A stretch of DNA of 64,000 nt from Eukaryota sp. TZLM1-RC (taxonomy: Eukaryota; Protista; Metamonada: BaSk clade), in NCBI GenBank assembly GCA_040285825.1, contig JAUPSS010000001.1, positions 2,542,001 through 2,606,000 of the forward strand. Reading direction: 5' to 3'. Position 1 is the first letter of the stretch; each line of letters opens with the position of its first letter. The notes under the pieces were generated by a model. That model worked only from the letters and a program-made list of their open reading frames with translations. It was not told the DNA's origin and did no database searches. The translations under genes and the position numbers were made by a program. Below are positions 22,679 to 32,681 of this stretch, piece after piece.

Positions 22679-24633
22679 ATGTCAGACACCCCCTCTGTAT
22701 CACGTGTATTCACTCGGTCTTGTGCACTTAACTCGCTGCTGACCCCTGCAGCGGTGCAACAAATTCGGACTGACCTTCCTGTGGTCACCGAGATTTGTCA
22801 TGAAGCTTCTTTATTACTTCAATCTTTTCTTCTAAATTTTCCGTTGGCATCTAGAGCTTTAGTGGAACAGGATGTATGGTATCTGTTTATGACCGTCATC
22901 ACCACTGGTTCTTTTCCTAAGCCTTCCACATATAGAGGCCAACGCCAATTACTCCATATCTTTTACAATGGATTTCTTCCTGAATGCCCACAAGACAGGT
23001 CTCTTGTTTCTGTGTGGGAAAATTCTTTAGTGCCTTACAGAAATTCATTAAATCTTTTTCTCAATGCTTGGCTGCAATCTCAGAATTGCAATTTTATCAA
23101 TAGAAAAGGGCTTTTTCCTTACCTTGCTTGTCGGGCTCGTCAATTGGCGTCTAACGTGAAGACAAGTTTACCTAAAATTTGTCAATCCTGGACAAAAAAC
23201 TTTATTCGTGCTCATTGTAGAGCCCTGGATAAAACAAATGTCTTTGCAAATAATATTCTTTCACTTTTGCCAGATGAACCACTAGCCCAACCCGAGGAAG
23301 TAGTAGTTGATTCTGTTCTTGAATACCACATCAATTTCAATTTGAATAATTCAAGAGAAAGATTTTTTTATTGAATGCATGTAAGTTTATCTCGAATCTC
23401 TTTCAAAGATTTCCTACCACTGCCTCCCTACTGTCCTCACATGATAAAATCACTTTTTCATCAAAGGAAATTAGTGAGCTTTTTCTCATCAATCTTAAAA
23501 TTTCACAATACTTACTCACTTTCTTTTCTCATATGCATTACTGGAAGAAATTCAGAATAATACCTTTAGCTTCTCATAAAGGTTCTAAATTTCATGAGGT
23601 ACCTTCACAAATTTTTCACTCTGTGAAAAAATTTCCAATTATTGAAGGATCATCTTCCAAAACAAAGTTTATCAAAAATACAAGTCTGAAACGAATATTC
23701 AAACAATGTCCTTACCAAAAATTCAATATCAACAGAAAAAGTTTGAAAAATAGATTTAACAAAATTTTATTGAAAACTAATGGTAATGAACTGCTTTTGA
23801 CCTTTGAAGGTAAAAATAATGTCTCAGAAAACACAGATGAGCTGGATGAACCACCGAAAAAGAAAAGAAGATCAAAAAATGAAATGAAAAGTGACCCTAA
23901 TGCCAACAAAACCAGAGAAACACAGTTGAAGGGCACTAAAAAAATGCCCCGTCGAAGACGTAGACATCCAGTCGAAATTTTACCTGAAAGCCCCCTTATC
24001 GGCGTTGATCTTGGCCAATCAAGATTATGTGGTTACTTCTTAAATGATAATCAATGTGGAGTTATTCCTTGTCCAACTGGCAGAAGATACATGACAAAAC
24101 CTTCACCCAGTAAACACTCTCCCAACCAATATTCCGTTCAAAATTTCAACCAATATTTGAACCATTGGAATTTGGTCAGGAGGAAAGTGTATTTGGAAAG
24201 TAATCGCCAGAAATGGAAAATAATTAAATTTGATAACCGCACACGAAAAGAGAGACGGTTCAGAGAGAGTCTCAACAAATTTCAAAGGCTGGCTGGACAT
24301 CCTGAAAAACTCTATCTTGCTGTTGATTCTGCTAATTTCCCTTCTCATTGCTGAAAAGTCAATCGATATGGATCAGCAAGGGCTTTCAGAAAATGGTTGT
24401 GTTATCAAAAGGACGTGAAGCACTTGTCAACCAGTGAATTTAATACAAGCAAAATGTCAAGTTGTTGCATGGCCGAGAATATTCAAGCAGGCTCATGGCA
24501 GATGCGTATTTGTACTGAGTGTCAAATAGTATATGACAGAGATATTTCCGCTGCAAAAAATATTCAAATTAAGAAGAAAGCGGAATTGTGGCCGGAAAGA
24601 TACATTTCCCCAGATGCTCTGTTGAGGAGATGA
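22679..24633 (+). CDS. Fanzor (eukaryotic TnpB/Cas12-like RNA-guided nuclease), Fanzor1-type, ~651 aa once two lesions are repaired
   Basis: RuvC-I LIGVDLG; RuvC-II SEFNTSK; zinc finger SSCC...CTEC; RuvC-III DRDISAAKNI; TDG-like KTNG; NLS-like PKKKRR. Lesions are a T7 run at 23363-23369 (the paralogue at ~1315 has one more base) and an in-frame TGA at 24352. Confidence 0.9.
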
Positions 24634-24845
24634 ATGGGGAACCTGAGCATACAGAAACAAAAACTTTTGAGACCGATCTACAAATACCTTAGTAGCATTT
24701 GGTAGATCCACTTAGATACATCAAGTCGCGAGGCTTTGTTCTGTGAAAGCAGTAGGTGTATTTAAGTGAGGTAGCCCATTGATGAAGATCATGATTGTCT
24801 TTGTCAAATGATGCTACATGTCTCTTACAACCTGTGAGTAGACAT
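24633..24845 (+). ncRNA. Candidate Fanzor omegaRNA scaffold
   Basis: Starts at the Fanzor stop codon. Nested flush helices with G-U pairs on the + strand, GCGA and GAAA tetraloops, and a candidate pseudoknot (see findings). Ends approximate. Confidence 0.75.
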
Positions 24846-24913
24846 TGAGAAAGTTGAAAACAGGAGTGAATTTCACAGGGGAATGCATGATAAGTGAAAT
24901 TCACAGTAATATG

Positions 24914-24949
24914 GAATTGTGTCAAGAATTGTGTCAAGAATTGTGTCAA
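24914..24949 (+). repeat. Three exact tandem copies of GAATTGTGTCAA
   Basis: Directly visible at 24914, 24926 and 24938. Confidence 0.9.
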
Positions 24950-25032
24950 CTTTTTGAACTTACATAATCCAAGACTTACTGCTCCTACTGCTGGTCACAA
25001 CAACCCTTTCACAACTTATTACATCTTCAACA

Positions 25033-27810
25033 ATGAGTCGGTCCAACTCTCGTCTTAATCAAGCTATTGTATCAGATGCTGCTTCAGATATCCTTACCCC
25101 ATATAAAAGAAAAGTTCCTTCACGACCCATTGATCATGGTCAAAACAAAGATCAACGGGAACTATCTGCCACTCTCCATGAATTCCACTGTACTGATTTC
25201 CAACCCCAAGCCCTTGACCCTGATGATTGCCCATTTGTCAATGTCGGAGCCAACTTTTGGAGGCTTTTAGCTGACTCTACCCCTACTGATTTCAATGATT
25301 GGATGGAGATTCGGCTCGCTGGCCAACCTGTCAACGTCATTGTTCCTGACACCATTGTACTTGGGGATTCTGATAAACTAGCTTGGTTTGCCTCTTCCGA
25401 AACTGGAACTCTCTTTAAACGAGTCAATTTTGAACCAAATGATGTGATTTCTGAACTTTTCAAATCTTCAACTGCTGCATTTTGCCTTCAAAAGAGGGTA
25501 TCACATTTCAGAGATTGGTCAACTGAAACTAGCATTGTTGATTTGAAAGAAGTTACTTCTCTTTTGTCAAAGCCAAATGAACCTGTAATCCTCCAACAGT
25601 TTGTTAAACCCAGAGGAATAAAGCCAACTGTGTATAGAATCTATTTAGAAAGGGAAAAGGCCCCAAAAATCATATCGGTTACTTCTGAAATTAAGTTTGA
25701 TGATTTAAACGTGCGGGATGTGAATTTAAGGTTTCTGGTCAACTCCCATGATGCACCAACTTCAGTATTCACTGTCAATAATGCTGCTTTAAGAAGTGTA
25801 ATCGATTCTGCTATTAATATGAAGGAAGCTGCTCAGAAAATTAATTTGGCTTGGAATATTACGCATTTTGTTGCAGATTTTATTATTAATGATTCTAACA
25901 ATTCTTTTTTTGTTCAATGTAAAGTCATCCAATCAGAATCAAGATTAGTACAGCAGCTAAGTTCAACTAATTTGTTAGGAACTGATCAACCAATTGAGGA
26001 TGAGGTTGTCAAATCTGGTTCTTTTGTTAAAAAATGTCAAAAATATGCAAAATGTCGAATGTGTTATCTGGGGTTTCCTTCCAAGGAATTTAAACACCAG
26101 TTAACAATCAATATGATTAAACAGACAATTAATCATCTGATTGATAGGGGAGTTTTTTTGAACTACTTTGGCAGAGTCGAACTAATTTCAAATCGTAATG
26201 ATTCTTCCAAATACGAAACCTGTCGTGTGTGTAGCTCTTGTTATAACTTGTTTTTAATTGAAAATGAATTACGCAGCATTGAATCAAATTTTGCAATACA
26301 TACAGGAATTCGTTTGACTTCAAATTCATATTCAGGAGGTTCTTATGCTTCTCTGGATTCTTTGCCGGTAAAGTCGAATGCACTGACAGGGGAAAGATTA
26401 ATGTCTTCAAGTGTGATGGAACACACAGATCTTGACGATTTGAATATCAACATCTCCCCTTCGAAAACTGAATTCAAATGCTATCGAGCCCTAATCTTTA
26501 TTCATGATGTAGTTGGTCTTACTTTTTCCTCAAATATTGACCTTGACTCTTGTGAACTGCAGTCTTCACTATTTGATGAAAATTTCACTTTTCCCATATG
26601 TGTCACCCAAGAAACCTCTGAAATTGCAATTATGAATACCCCAAGAGCTAAGCGGAGTTCTGAATCTAATTCTGAGGAAAATGATACCGTCTATAGAGGC
26701 TTTATTAATAAGCTGGTTACCAAATACTTGTTTTGTAAAGAAGATGATTTAAAGAATTTTTTGGCTTATTTAGAATCATTCTATTTCTTCTTATTTACTG
26801 GGAAAAAATCATTATTTGGCTCTTTTCTTATAGATATCAAATCTCTTAGTAAAAACCCTTTCCACAAGCAAGAATGCTCTGCAATACTAAACTCAGCGTC
26901 TGAAATGCCATGTAGGCTTCGAATAACCCTATTGTGCCAGGAAATCGAACAATTTAACTTCAAAAAAGCAGTGTTGTTCCCAAAAAGTGAATTTAAGCAT
27001 GTTTATTACCCTTTGGATTCTCAATTTTTCACAGTGGATCCTATTCCTCAGGAATTTTTGAATATTTTACCTTACAAATCACGAACTGAAAGGGATTTTG
27101 CCAAAAAATTCAAAGTTTCGAAACGAGAATTGTCTCAACCAAACGACCATCAAATTGACAATCAAATTGATTGTTCTTCAATGTTCTCTCCTTCAGAAGA
27201 CCAGCCCAGACTTGAAGATCTTGATTTTGATGATCTGGAGCTTGAACCAGCTCAAGAAATTTCTGTTTTTCTTTCACTGGAACTCCACTCTATTTACAAC
27301 TTGGTAGATTCTGCCATTGCTCTAGGTGTCCTTGATGGTCACCCTTCAGAAATGGAGTTGTTCATTTCTTTTATTGAAGATTTTTCATTCACCATATCAC
27401 TTTCTCCTTCTTTAAATTTTCAAGTCAACAAATCAATTGATGTTTTGTTTAAGACTTATTCCCTTTCGAAATTTTTGTCAGAATTACCAAATCTTAACTC
27501 AGTCCCAATCACATTCAAAGCTAATGACCAAGTTATTGGAAAAACTGCAATTAATCTATCCAAGTTTTTAAACAACACGCAATGCCCTTTACCCTTCAAC
27601 AAGCCAGAAGCTTTTGATATTGATTTATTTAAAGATGGAGTTGTAGTTGAACAGTATATGGGAGAGGAAATGCCTTGGATTTCAACTGAACTGGTCATTC
27701 ACGAAGAGGAAAACGAATCAGAAGAGTTGACGAGTGAATATTTTGGATTTGCTTGTAATGTAACATTAAATAATATAGGTGATGGTACTTTTTTAACAAC
27801 ATTAAGTTGA
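25033..27810 (+). CDS. Hypothetical protein, 925 aa, with paired CxxC motifs
   Basis: Long ATG-started ORF containing KCRMC and CRVCSSC; family not recognised. Confidence 0.75.
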   Translation: MSRSNSRLNQAIVSDAASDILTPYKRKVPSRPIDHGQNKDQRELSATLHEFHCTDFQPQALDPDDCPFVNVGANFWRLLADSTPTDFNDWMEIRLAGQPVNVIVPDTIVLGDSDKLAWFASSETGTLFKRVNFEPNDVISELFKSSTAAFCLQKRVSHFRDWSTETSIVDLKEVTSLLSKPNEPVILQQFVKPRGIKPTVYRIYLEREKAPKIISVTSEIKFDDLNVRDVNLRFLVNSHDAPTSVFTVNNAALRSVIDSAINMKEAAQKINLAWNITHFVADFIINDSNNSFFVQCKVIQSESRLVQQLSSTNLLGTDQPIEDEVVKSGSFVKKCQKYAKCRMCYLGFPSKEFKHQLTINMIKQTINHLIDRGVFLNYFGRVELISNRNDSSKYETCRVCSSCYNLFLIENELRSIESNFAIHTGIRLTSNSYSGGSYASLDSLPVKSNALTGERLMSSSVMEHTDLDDLNINISPSKTEFKCYRALIFIHDVVGLTFSSNIDLDSCELQSSLFDENFTFPICVTQETSEIAIMNTPRAKRSSESNSEENDTVYRGFINKLVTKYLFCKEDDLKNFLAYLESFYFFLFTGKKSLFGSFLIDIKSLSKNPFHKQECSAILNSASEMPCRLRITLLCQEIEQFNFKKAVLFPKSEFKHVYYPLDSQFFTVDPIPQEFLNILPYKSRTERDFAKKFKVSKRELSQPNDHQIDNQIDCSSMFSPSEDQPRLEDLDFDDLELEPAQEISVFLSLELHSIYNLVDSAIALGVLDGHPSEMELFISFIEDFSFTISLSPSLNFQVNKSIDVLFKTYSLSKFLSELPNLNSVPITFKANDQVIGKTAINLSKFLNNTQCPLPFNKPEAFDIDLFKDGVVVEQYMGEEMPWISTELVIHEEENESEELTSEYFGFACNVTLNNIGDGTFLTTLS

Positions 27811-28081
27811 TGTTTTCTGTTTCTTATATTATCTTCAATCAAGCTAAACAACTTGTAATTTAGGGTTGCACATCTTGTATTTTCAACAATGAAATGATCT
27901 AACCCTAACTAACCCTAAGTTGAGAATGTGGGAAAAGTTGAAGCTATTTGTCAAGAATTGAGTTTATTTTAAGTTTTCATTAATAAAGAGTAAATGCAAT
28001 AATTTACAATAATTGTTAGTAATAAATAACCAACAAAATAAATAACCAATCAAATAACTTTCCCAAAAAAAAGACACGTCA

Positions 28082-28762
28082 TCAACTGCTGTCAACCAAA
28101 CTTACCACACTTTTCACAAACATTGGTAAATCTGATCTTAATTCAGACCTCCACAATACAAGAATCTTATTATCACTAAGAGCCAAAGTTATTGCCCTGA
28201 GGCATTGTGATTCGCTATCAAAATGATTCTTGAGTTTATAAAGAAAGGTAATTAAATCAACCCGCTCACTGACTGAATAGCAATGTGAGCAGTAATCAGC
28301 TTGGTTAATCCCTCCCAAATCTAATTCATATTCAGGATTAATTTTTGGTTCATTTAATAAAACAAGTGATGTAGACTGATGCTTAGGGTTAGGGTTAGGA
28401 CTCATTATACGAGATTTAGGAGAAGTAAGAGCAGGTGCAGAGGAAGGAGTCGAAGGAAGGGAGGGCTTGGGATGGTCATTACGTGGATAAGTCTCATCCT
28501 TTCCCACATCATTATTAGTCACAGTTTTCGGTAATGGTTGATTGTTCTTTGGAAGTGGAGATTTCACAGATGGTGGTTTGGGTGAAGGGGTTTTCGATTT
28601 CCTACGTTGTGAGTAAGCAGAAGTCGTTGAAGAAGGCAGTATTGGTGTAGAGGATGATGACCGATAATTTCGAAGAAAAGCTTCACTTCGCTTCTTACTT
28701 TGTGATGTTAGAGAATCTAAAGAGGAAAGTTGGGAAGTCAGGCTAGCAAGAAGGTCAGACAT
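28082..28762 (-). CDS. Hypothetical Ser/Pro-rich protein
   Basis: 226-aa ATG ORF with an AT-rich 3' flank. Confidence 0.6.
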   Translation of the reverse strand: MSDLLASLTSQLSSLDSLTSQSKKRSEAFLRNYRSSSSTPILPSSTTSAYSQRRKSKTPSPKPPSVKSPLPKNNQPLPKTVTNNDVGKDETYPRNDHPKPSLPSTPSSAPALTSPKSRIMSPNPNPKHQSTSLVLLNEPKINPEYELDLGGINQADYCSHCYSVSERVDLITFLYKLKNHFDSESQCLRAITLALSDNKILVLWRSELRSDLPMFVKSVVSLVDSS

Positions 28763-29180
28763 CAGCTAATTGCACAAAGATGTCCAATAGTAGTAACCCG
28801 GAGATTGTACTTGGAGGATGTAGATGAAATGAATCAGGATGACCTTTTCAAATCTTGAGGTCTTTCATTTCCTTCAATATGCTTACCTACGACATGAATC
28901 ATATCAATATTCCCCTCTCTTCTTTGTCCCTGTAAAGTTAATGTAGAAGCATTTGCACTCATTTTTTGTGTGGTTTGAAATGAAATGATTCAGTTTTATT
29001 TCTCAAAACATATTTTGTCTCTTTGTCATCAATGGTGAAATTGAGAACCCTGACCGTTTTCCAGATTCTATCATTTTTTTGTGGGCAGTGTATTCATATT
29101 CCTTCTGGATTCGTTTCACTGACAACAATTCAATGGCTTCTAAATTTCTTCTAACACACAAATAACATTATTATTATTTT

Positions 29181-29491
29181 ATTGTTCATGACTCAGTTCG
29201 TGATCAATTATATGCCATGTGCAAAAGTTTCAATATAGAGGCATTTATTGAGCCACTAGTACGTAAGCTGTCTTCAGATCAAACTGATGATTGCTTTGGT
29301 AAAAGAAGGGCAGATTTAGTAGCTCCAGGGATCGATGGTGTTCTCAATGTTGTAGATGTTGTCTCAGTTGATGTTTGCAAAAATTCTGCTGCTCGTTTAG
29401 TGTATTCCGCTGATTCGCCGTTATCTAACGCCGAAAAAAAGAAGATAAAAAAATATGAAGAACCTTTGGCACAGTTAGGTAGCGTGGAACA
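29181..29491 (+). mobile_element. CRE-like non-LTR fragment, 5' half (split by the LTR element; continues at 36396)
   Basis: HDSVRDQLYAMCK...RRADL...VVDVVSVD...AEKKKIKKY...GSVEH, rejoining VKYQFVPF in frame. Confidence 0.88.
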
Positions 29492-29627
29492 TGATGCTCT
29501 ATCCATATATGATAACAAAGAATAAGGAATAATTTATTAGAATTTCACCGGCCCTTATAAAGGCCATCACTAGTGAACTATGTTATATAAATATAAATGT
29601 ACTAGACTAATTGTCCACAGTACAACA
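29492..29627 (-). repeat. 3' LTR (136 bp)
   Basis: 135/136 identical to 36256-36391 (T29608 vs C36372). Confidence 0.95.
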
Positions 29628-32600
29628 CTACCTTTTCCCTCTCTTAGATCTCGAACGAGAGCTACGAGTACTGACTGCAGGGGAATTAGTCTTAGATTTG
29701 GAATTAGAAGATACCTTCCGTTTCCTGGTAGTGTGAGGACTAATAGAGCGCAAATATGTTTGATATGCCTCAGTGCTTTTGACGTCAGCAACTGGGACAG
29801 ACGAAGTCTCGCCGCCATACCAAACTGCGGTACAATAAGGAACTTTATTATTGTTCGAATCTACGTAATCAAAGTGATCTATAATTTTAACGATTACAGA
29901 TTCTTCCATATCGCCAGCAGCAATATTCTTATGCCAATCAAGATCTTCTTTAGGGAAGTCTGAAAGGTATAGTTTACAATGATTTATACATGCCGTAGAC
30001 ATCGAACCAGTGACAAGATTCTTGAGTAATAAACTTTTATTGGATTTAACTTCTTCAACGAGAAAAGGGCCAGCGAAGCAACCATGGAGTTTACCATTAG
30101 TCTTTAATCGCAAAACTAAGTCACCTTTATTAAAAGGGTTCCTATGTTTGTTAACTTCAGGCAGTTGTTGAGCTTGCCTGAGCTCTGCCTCTTCTCTCTT
30201 CTTTGAAATCCTTTCAAGTTTTGCTTCAAGATCTTTAACAAAGGGAATATTAACATTAGCTGATTTTATTAATTCAAACATATTACTAGGATCAGCTCTA
30301 GGGCTGTGGTCGCTACCAAACATTAAATTGTAGGGCGAATGACCAGTAACTCTACTAATAGTTGAATTGATTTGAAGTTGTACAATTGGGATATATTCAC
30401 TCCAATTGCTATAATCGCCAGAGTCCACCAAAATCTTTCTTAGACTTTGTAAGATGTCTCTGTGTCGTCTTTCTACTAAACCATTGCTTTGTGAAAAGCT
30501 AGTTAGTGAACGACTTACTTCAATGTTTAATAAATCGCATAACCCTTTGAATATGGCATTTGCAAATTCAATACCATTGTCACTATGAATCAACAGTGGG
30601 ATACCAAAAATTGATACTACACTCCATAGGAGGTGATTGGTTGCCTCCACTGCATTCAATTCCTTTACAGGGCAAATGATCGTATACCTAGTGAACGAAT
30701 CTACGAAAACTATTAAATATTTGAATCCATTATCATCTTGTTGTAATGGTCCAATAGTATCTGCGTTTAATCGTGCAAAAGGTCGATCAGCCCAAAGAGA
30801 GCCAGATGATTCAATGACTTTTTTAGGCACATGTGCCGTCTTTTGACATGCTGGGCATCTCTTAATATGATTAATCATGTCTTTGCGCATGTCGGGCCAA
30901 AAGTAATCACTATTGAGTAATTTCTTTACGCTAGTCGTCACACTAGGATGGCCAACATTTGCATGTCCATGAATGATAGTTAAAGTCTGCTTCTTTAAAC
31001 TATCTGGGATAACAATCTTCCCACGATTGTTGGTATACAATTGAATATCTGAATTATAATTGTAATCTTTATAATAATCAGGATTTGAATCAACATCTAT
31101 AAGTTGTTCTTGCCTAATCTTTGAGATCCAAGTGTCAAATAAATCAAATTTAGTATCCTCAACTGCTTCTTTCAATGCAGATAAGCTATTGATCGTGGGT
31201 AGCTCAATTGTGGACGGTTGAGTAATATCATCCCTTAACAAATTAACTCTAGTTAATAAATTTAAATAGGGTAATTGTTCTTCAACTCTGTGAGGTGCCA
31301 AGTTTCTCACTTGTTGGACTCGAGGGGTTTTGGGTTTGGTATCAACCAATTTAGACAACATGTCTGCCCAATAATTCTCCTCGCCTGCCGTGTGGACTAC
31401 ATCAAAATTGAATTCTGACAATATTGGTAGCCACCTCTTCACAATTCTGTTCTTTTCAGGAGCTGATATAAGGTATGCTAAATTTCTATGATCAGTGAAA
31501 ATAGTTAATTTCCTCGAAATCAAATAATTTTCTAAACTACTGTCAGTGAGAATTAGTAAAATTGCATACAACTCTTTCTGAAGTACAGACCAATTCTTTT
31601 GTGAAGTTGATAATAATCTGCTAAAGAAGGCAATAGGTACAACCTTTCTCTTAATTAGCGGTGTCGTAGGATCTTTAGGTGGGTTAGCTTCTTGCCATAT
31701 TACTCCACCTACAGCCACATCAGACGCATCCGCACTTATTAAAATGTGCTTGTCTTCTGAGGGCAATTCAAGAGGGATATTTGCTTTAATAAGGTTTATA
31801 ATCTTACCAAAAGCCTCGTCATGATCAGAAGTCCACTTGATCTTTGACGGTTTGTTTCTGGTTAATTTGTTGATTGGTTCTATCAAGTCAGACAAATTTG
31901 GCAACCAGTCACGTATATAATTGATCGAGCCTATAAAACTCCTAACTTCAGGTAATGTCCTGGGTTTGGGTAGGTTGATCAGTCCCTCGATCCTAGATTC
32001 ATCTATATGTCGGGTTTTGTTTACAAAAATACTACCTAGAATTTTTATTTCATGTTTGCAAGTGGTAAAGCTACACTTGGGTAGGCCAAGGTTAACTCTA
32101 AAACGTTTGGCGCGTTCTAGGACCGTACCTACTCTAGATAGAAATTCATCCAGGGTTGAAGCTACTATTATTATATCATCGATATAAATAAATACACCCT
32201 CAGAATCAAATATTTCCATCATCATGTTTTAGAAGACTGCAGGAACGTTCTTCAAACCAAAACAAGCCCTTTTAAAACTGATCGACATTCCGGGAATTGA
32301 TATGGTAGTTTTATCAATATCCTCTTCTGCAATTTTGAGCTGCCAAAATGCCTTAGGTAAATCTAGAGTTGCTATATAATTAGCTTTACTTAGAAACTCT
32401 AAAATGTCGCTAATCCTGGGCAAATTTGCCTCTACAGGTTTAGTTAAATCGTTTACTCCACCAATACCACTAAAATCGCCAGTTAATCGTGGCTTCCTGT
32501 GATCAGGGTAAATCACAAGACAGATGGGACTACTGAATTGAGACTTTGCGGGCACAGCAAATCCATTACGGATCAATTCGTTAAAAATTTCCTCAGCTAC

Positions 32601-32681
32601 CCGTTGTTTTTCTGGGTTTAATTTTCGAGGTTTCCTTTTGACGACCTTACTTTCGTCATAAAATGGGTCATCGGCTGACAA
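29628..32681 (-). pseudogene. pol: Gypsy pol: RT, RNase H, integrase, GPY/F and chromodomain-like tail; in-frame TAA at 32229-32231
   Basis: LDLPKAFWQ, FGLKNVPAVF*NMM, YIDD, ADASD, HHCC (H...H...CPAC), DTIG/SDNG/NGLVER, FAGPF, IIDH...AVW. Confidence 0.93.

Noticed and set aside
24633-24845. Hammerhead/HDV ribozyme or group I intron (IStron) interpretation of the structured RNA
   Set aside because: No CUGANGA/GAAA core arrangement or P7 consensus found by eye; the position fits an omegaRNA better.
24914-24949. CRISPR-like array next to a Cas12-like gene
   Set aside because: Contiguous 12-bp tandem copies with no spacers.
27860-28400. Telomere-like TTAGGG/CCCTAA units
   Set aside because: Only 2-3 units per site, one set encoding PNPNPK inside a CDS; not a telomere.
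32229-32231. TAA/TAG-to-Gln genetic code suggested by TAA at a conserved Gln in RT
   Set aside because: Conserved host genes end at TAA (RPC2), TAG (SBDS, HECT, OYE) and TGA (NLE1) at their expected C-termini, and multi-kb ORFs lack internal stops.
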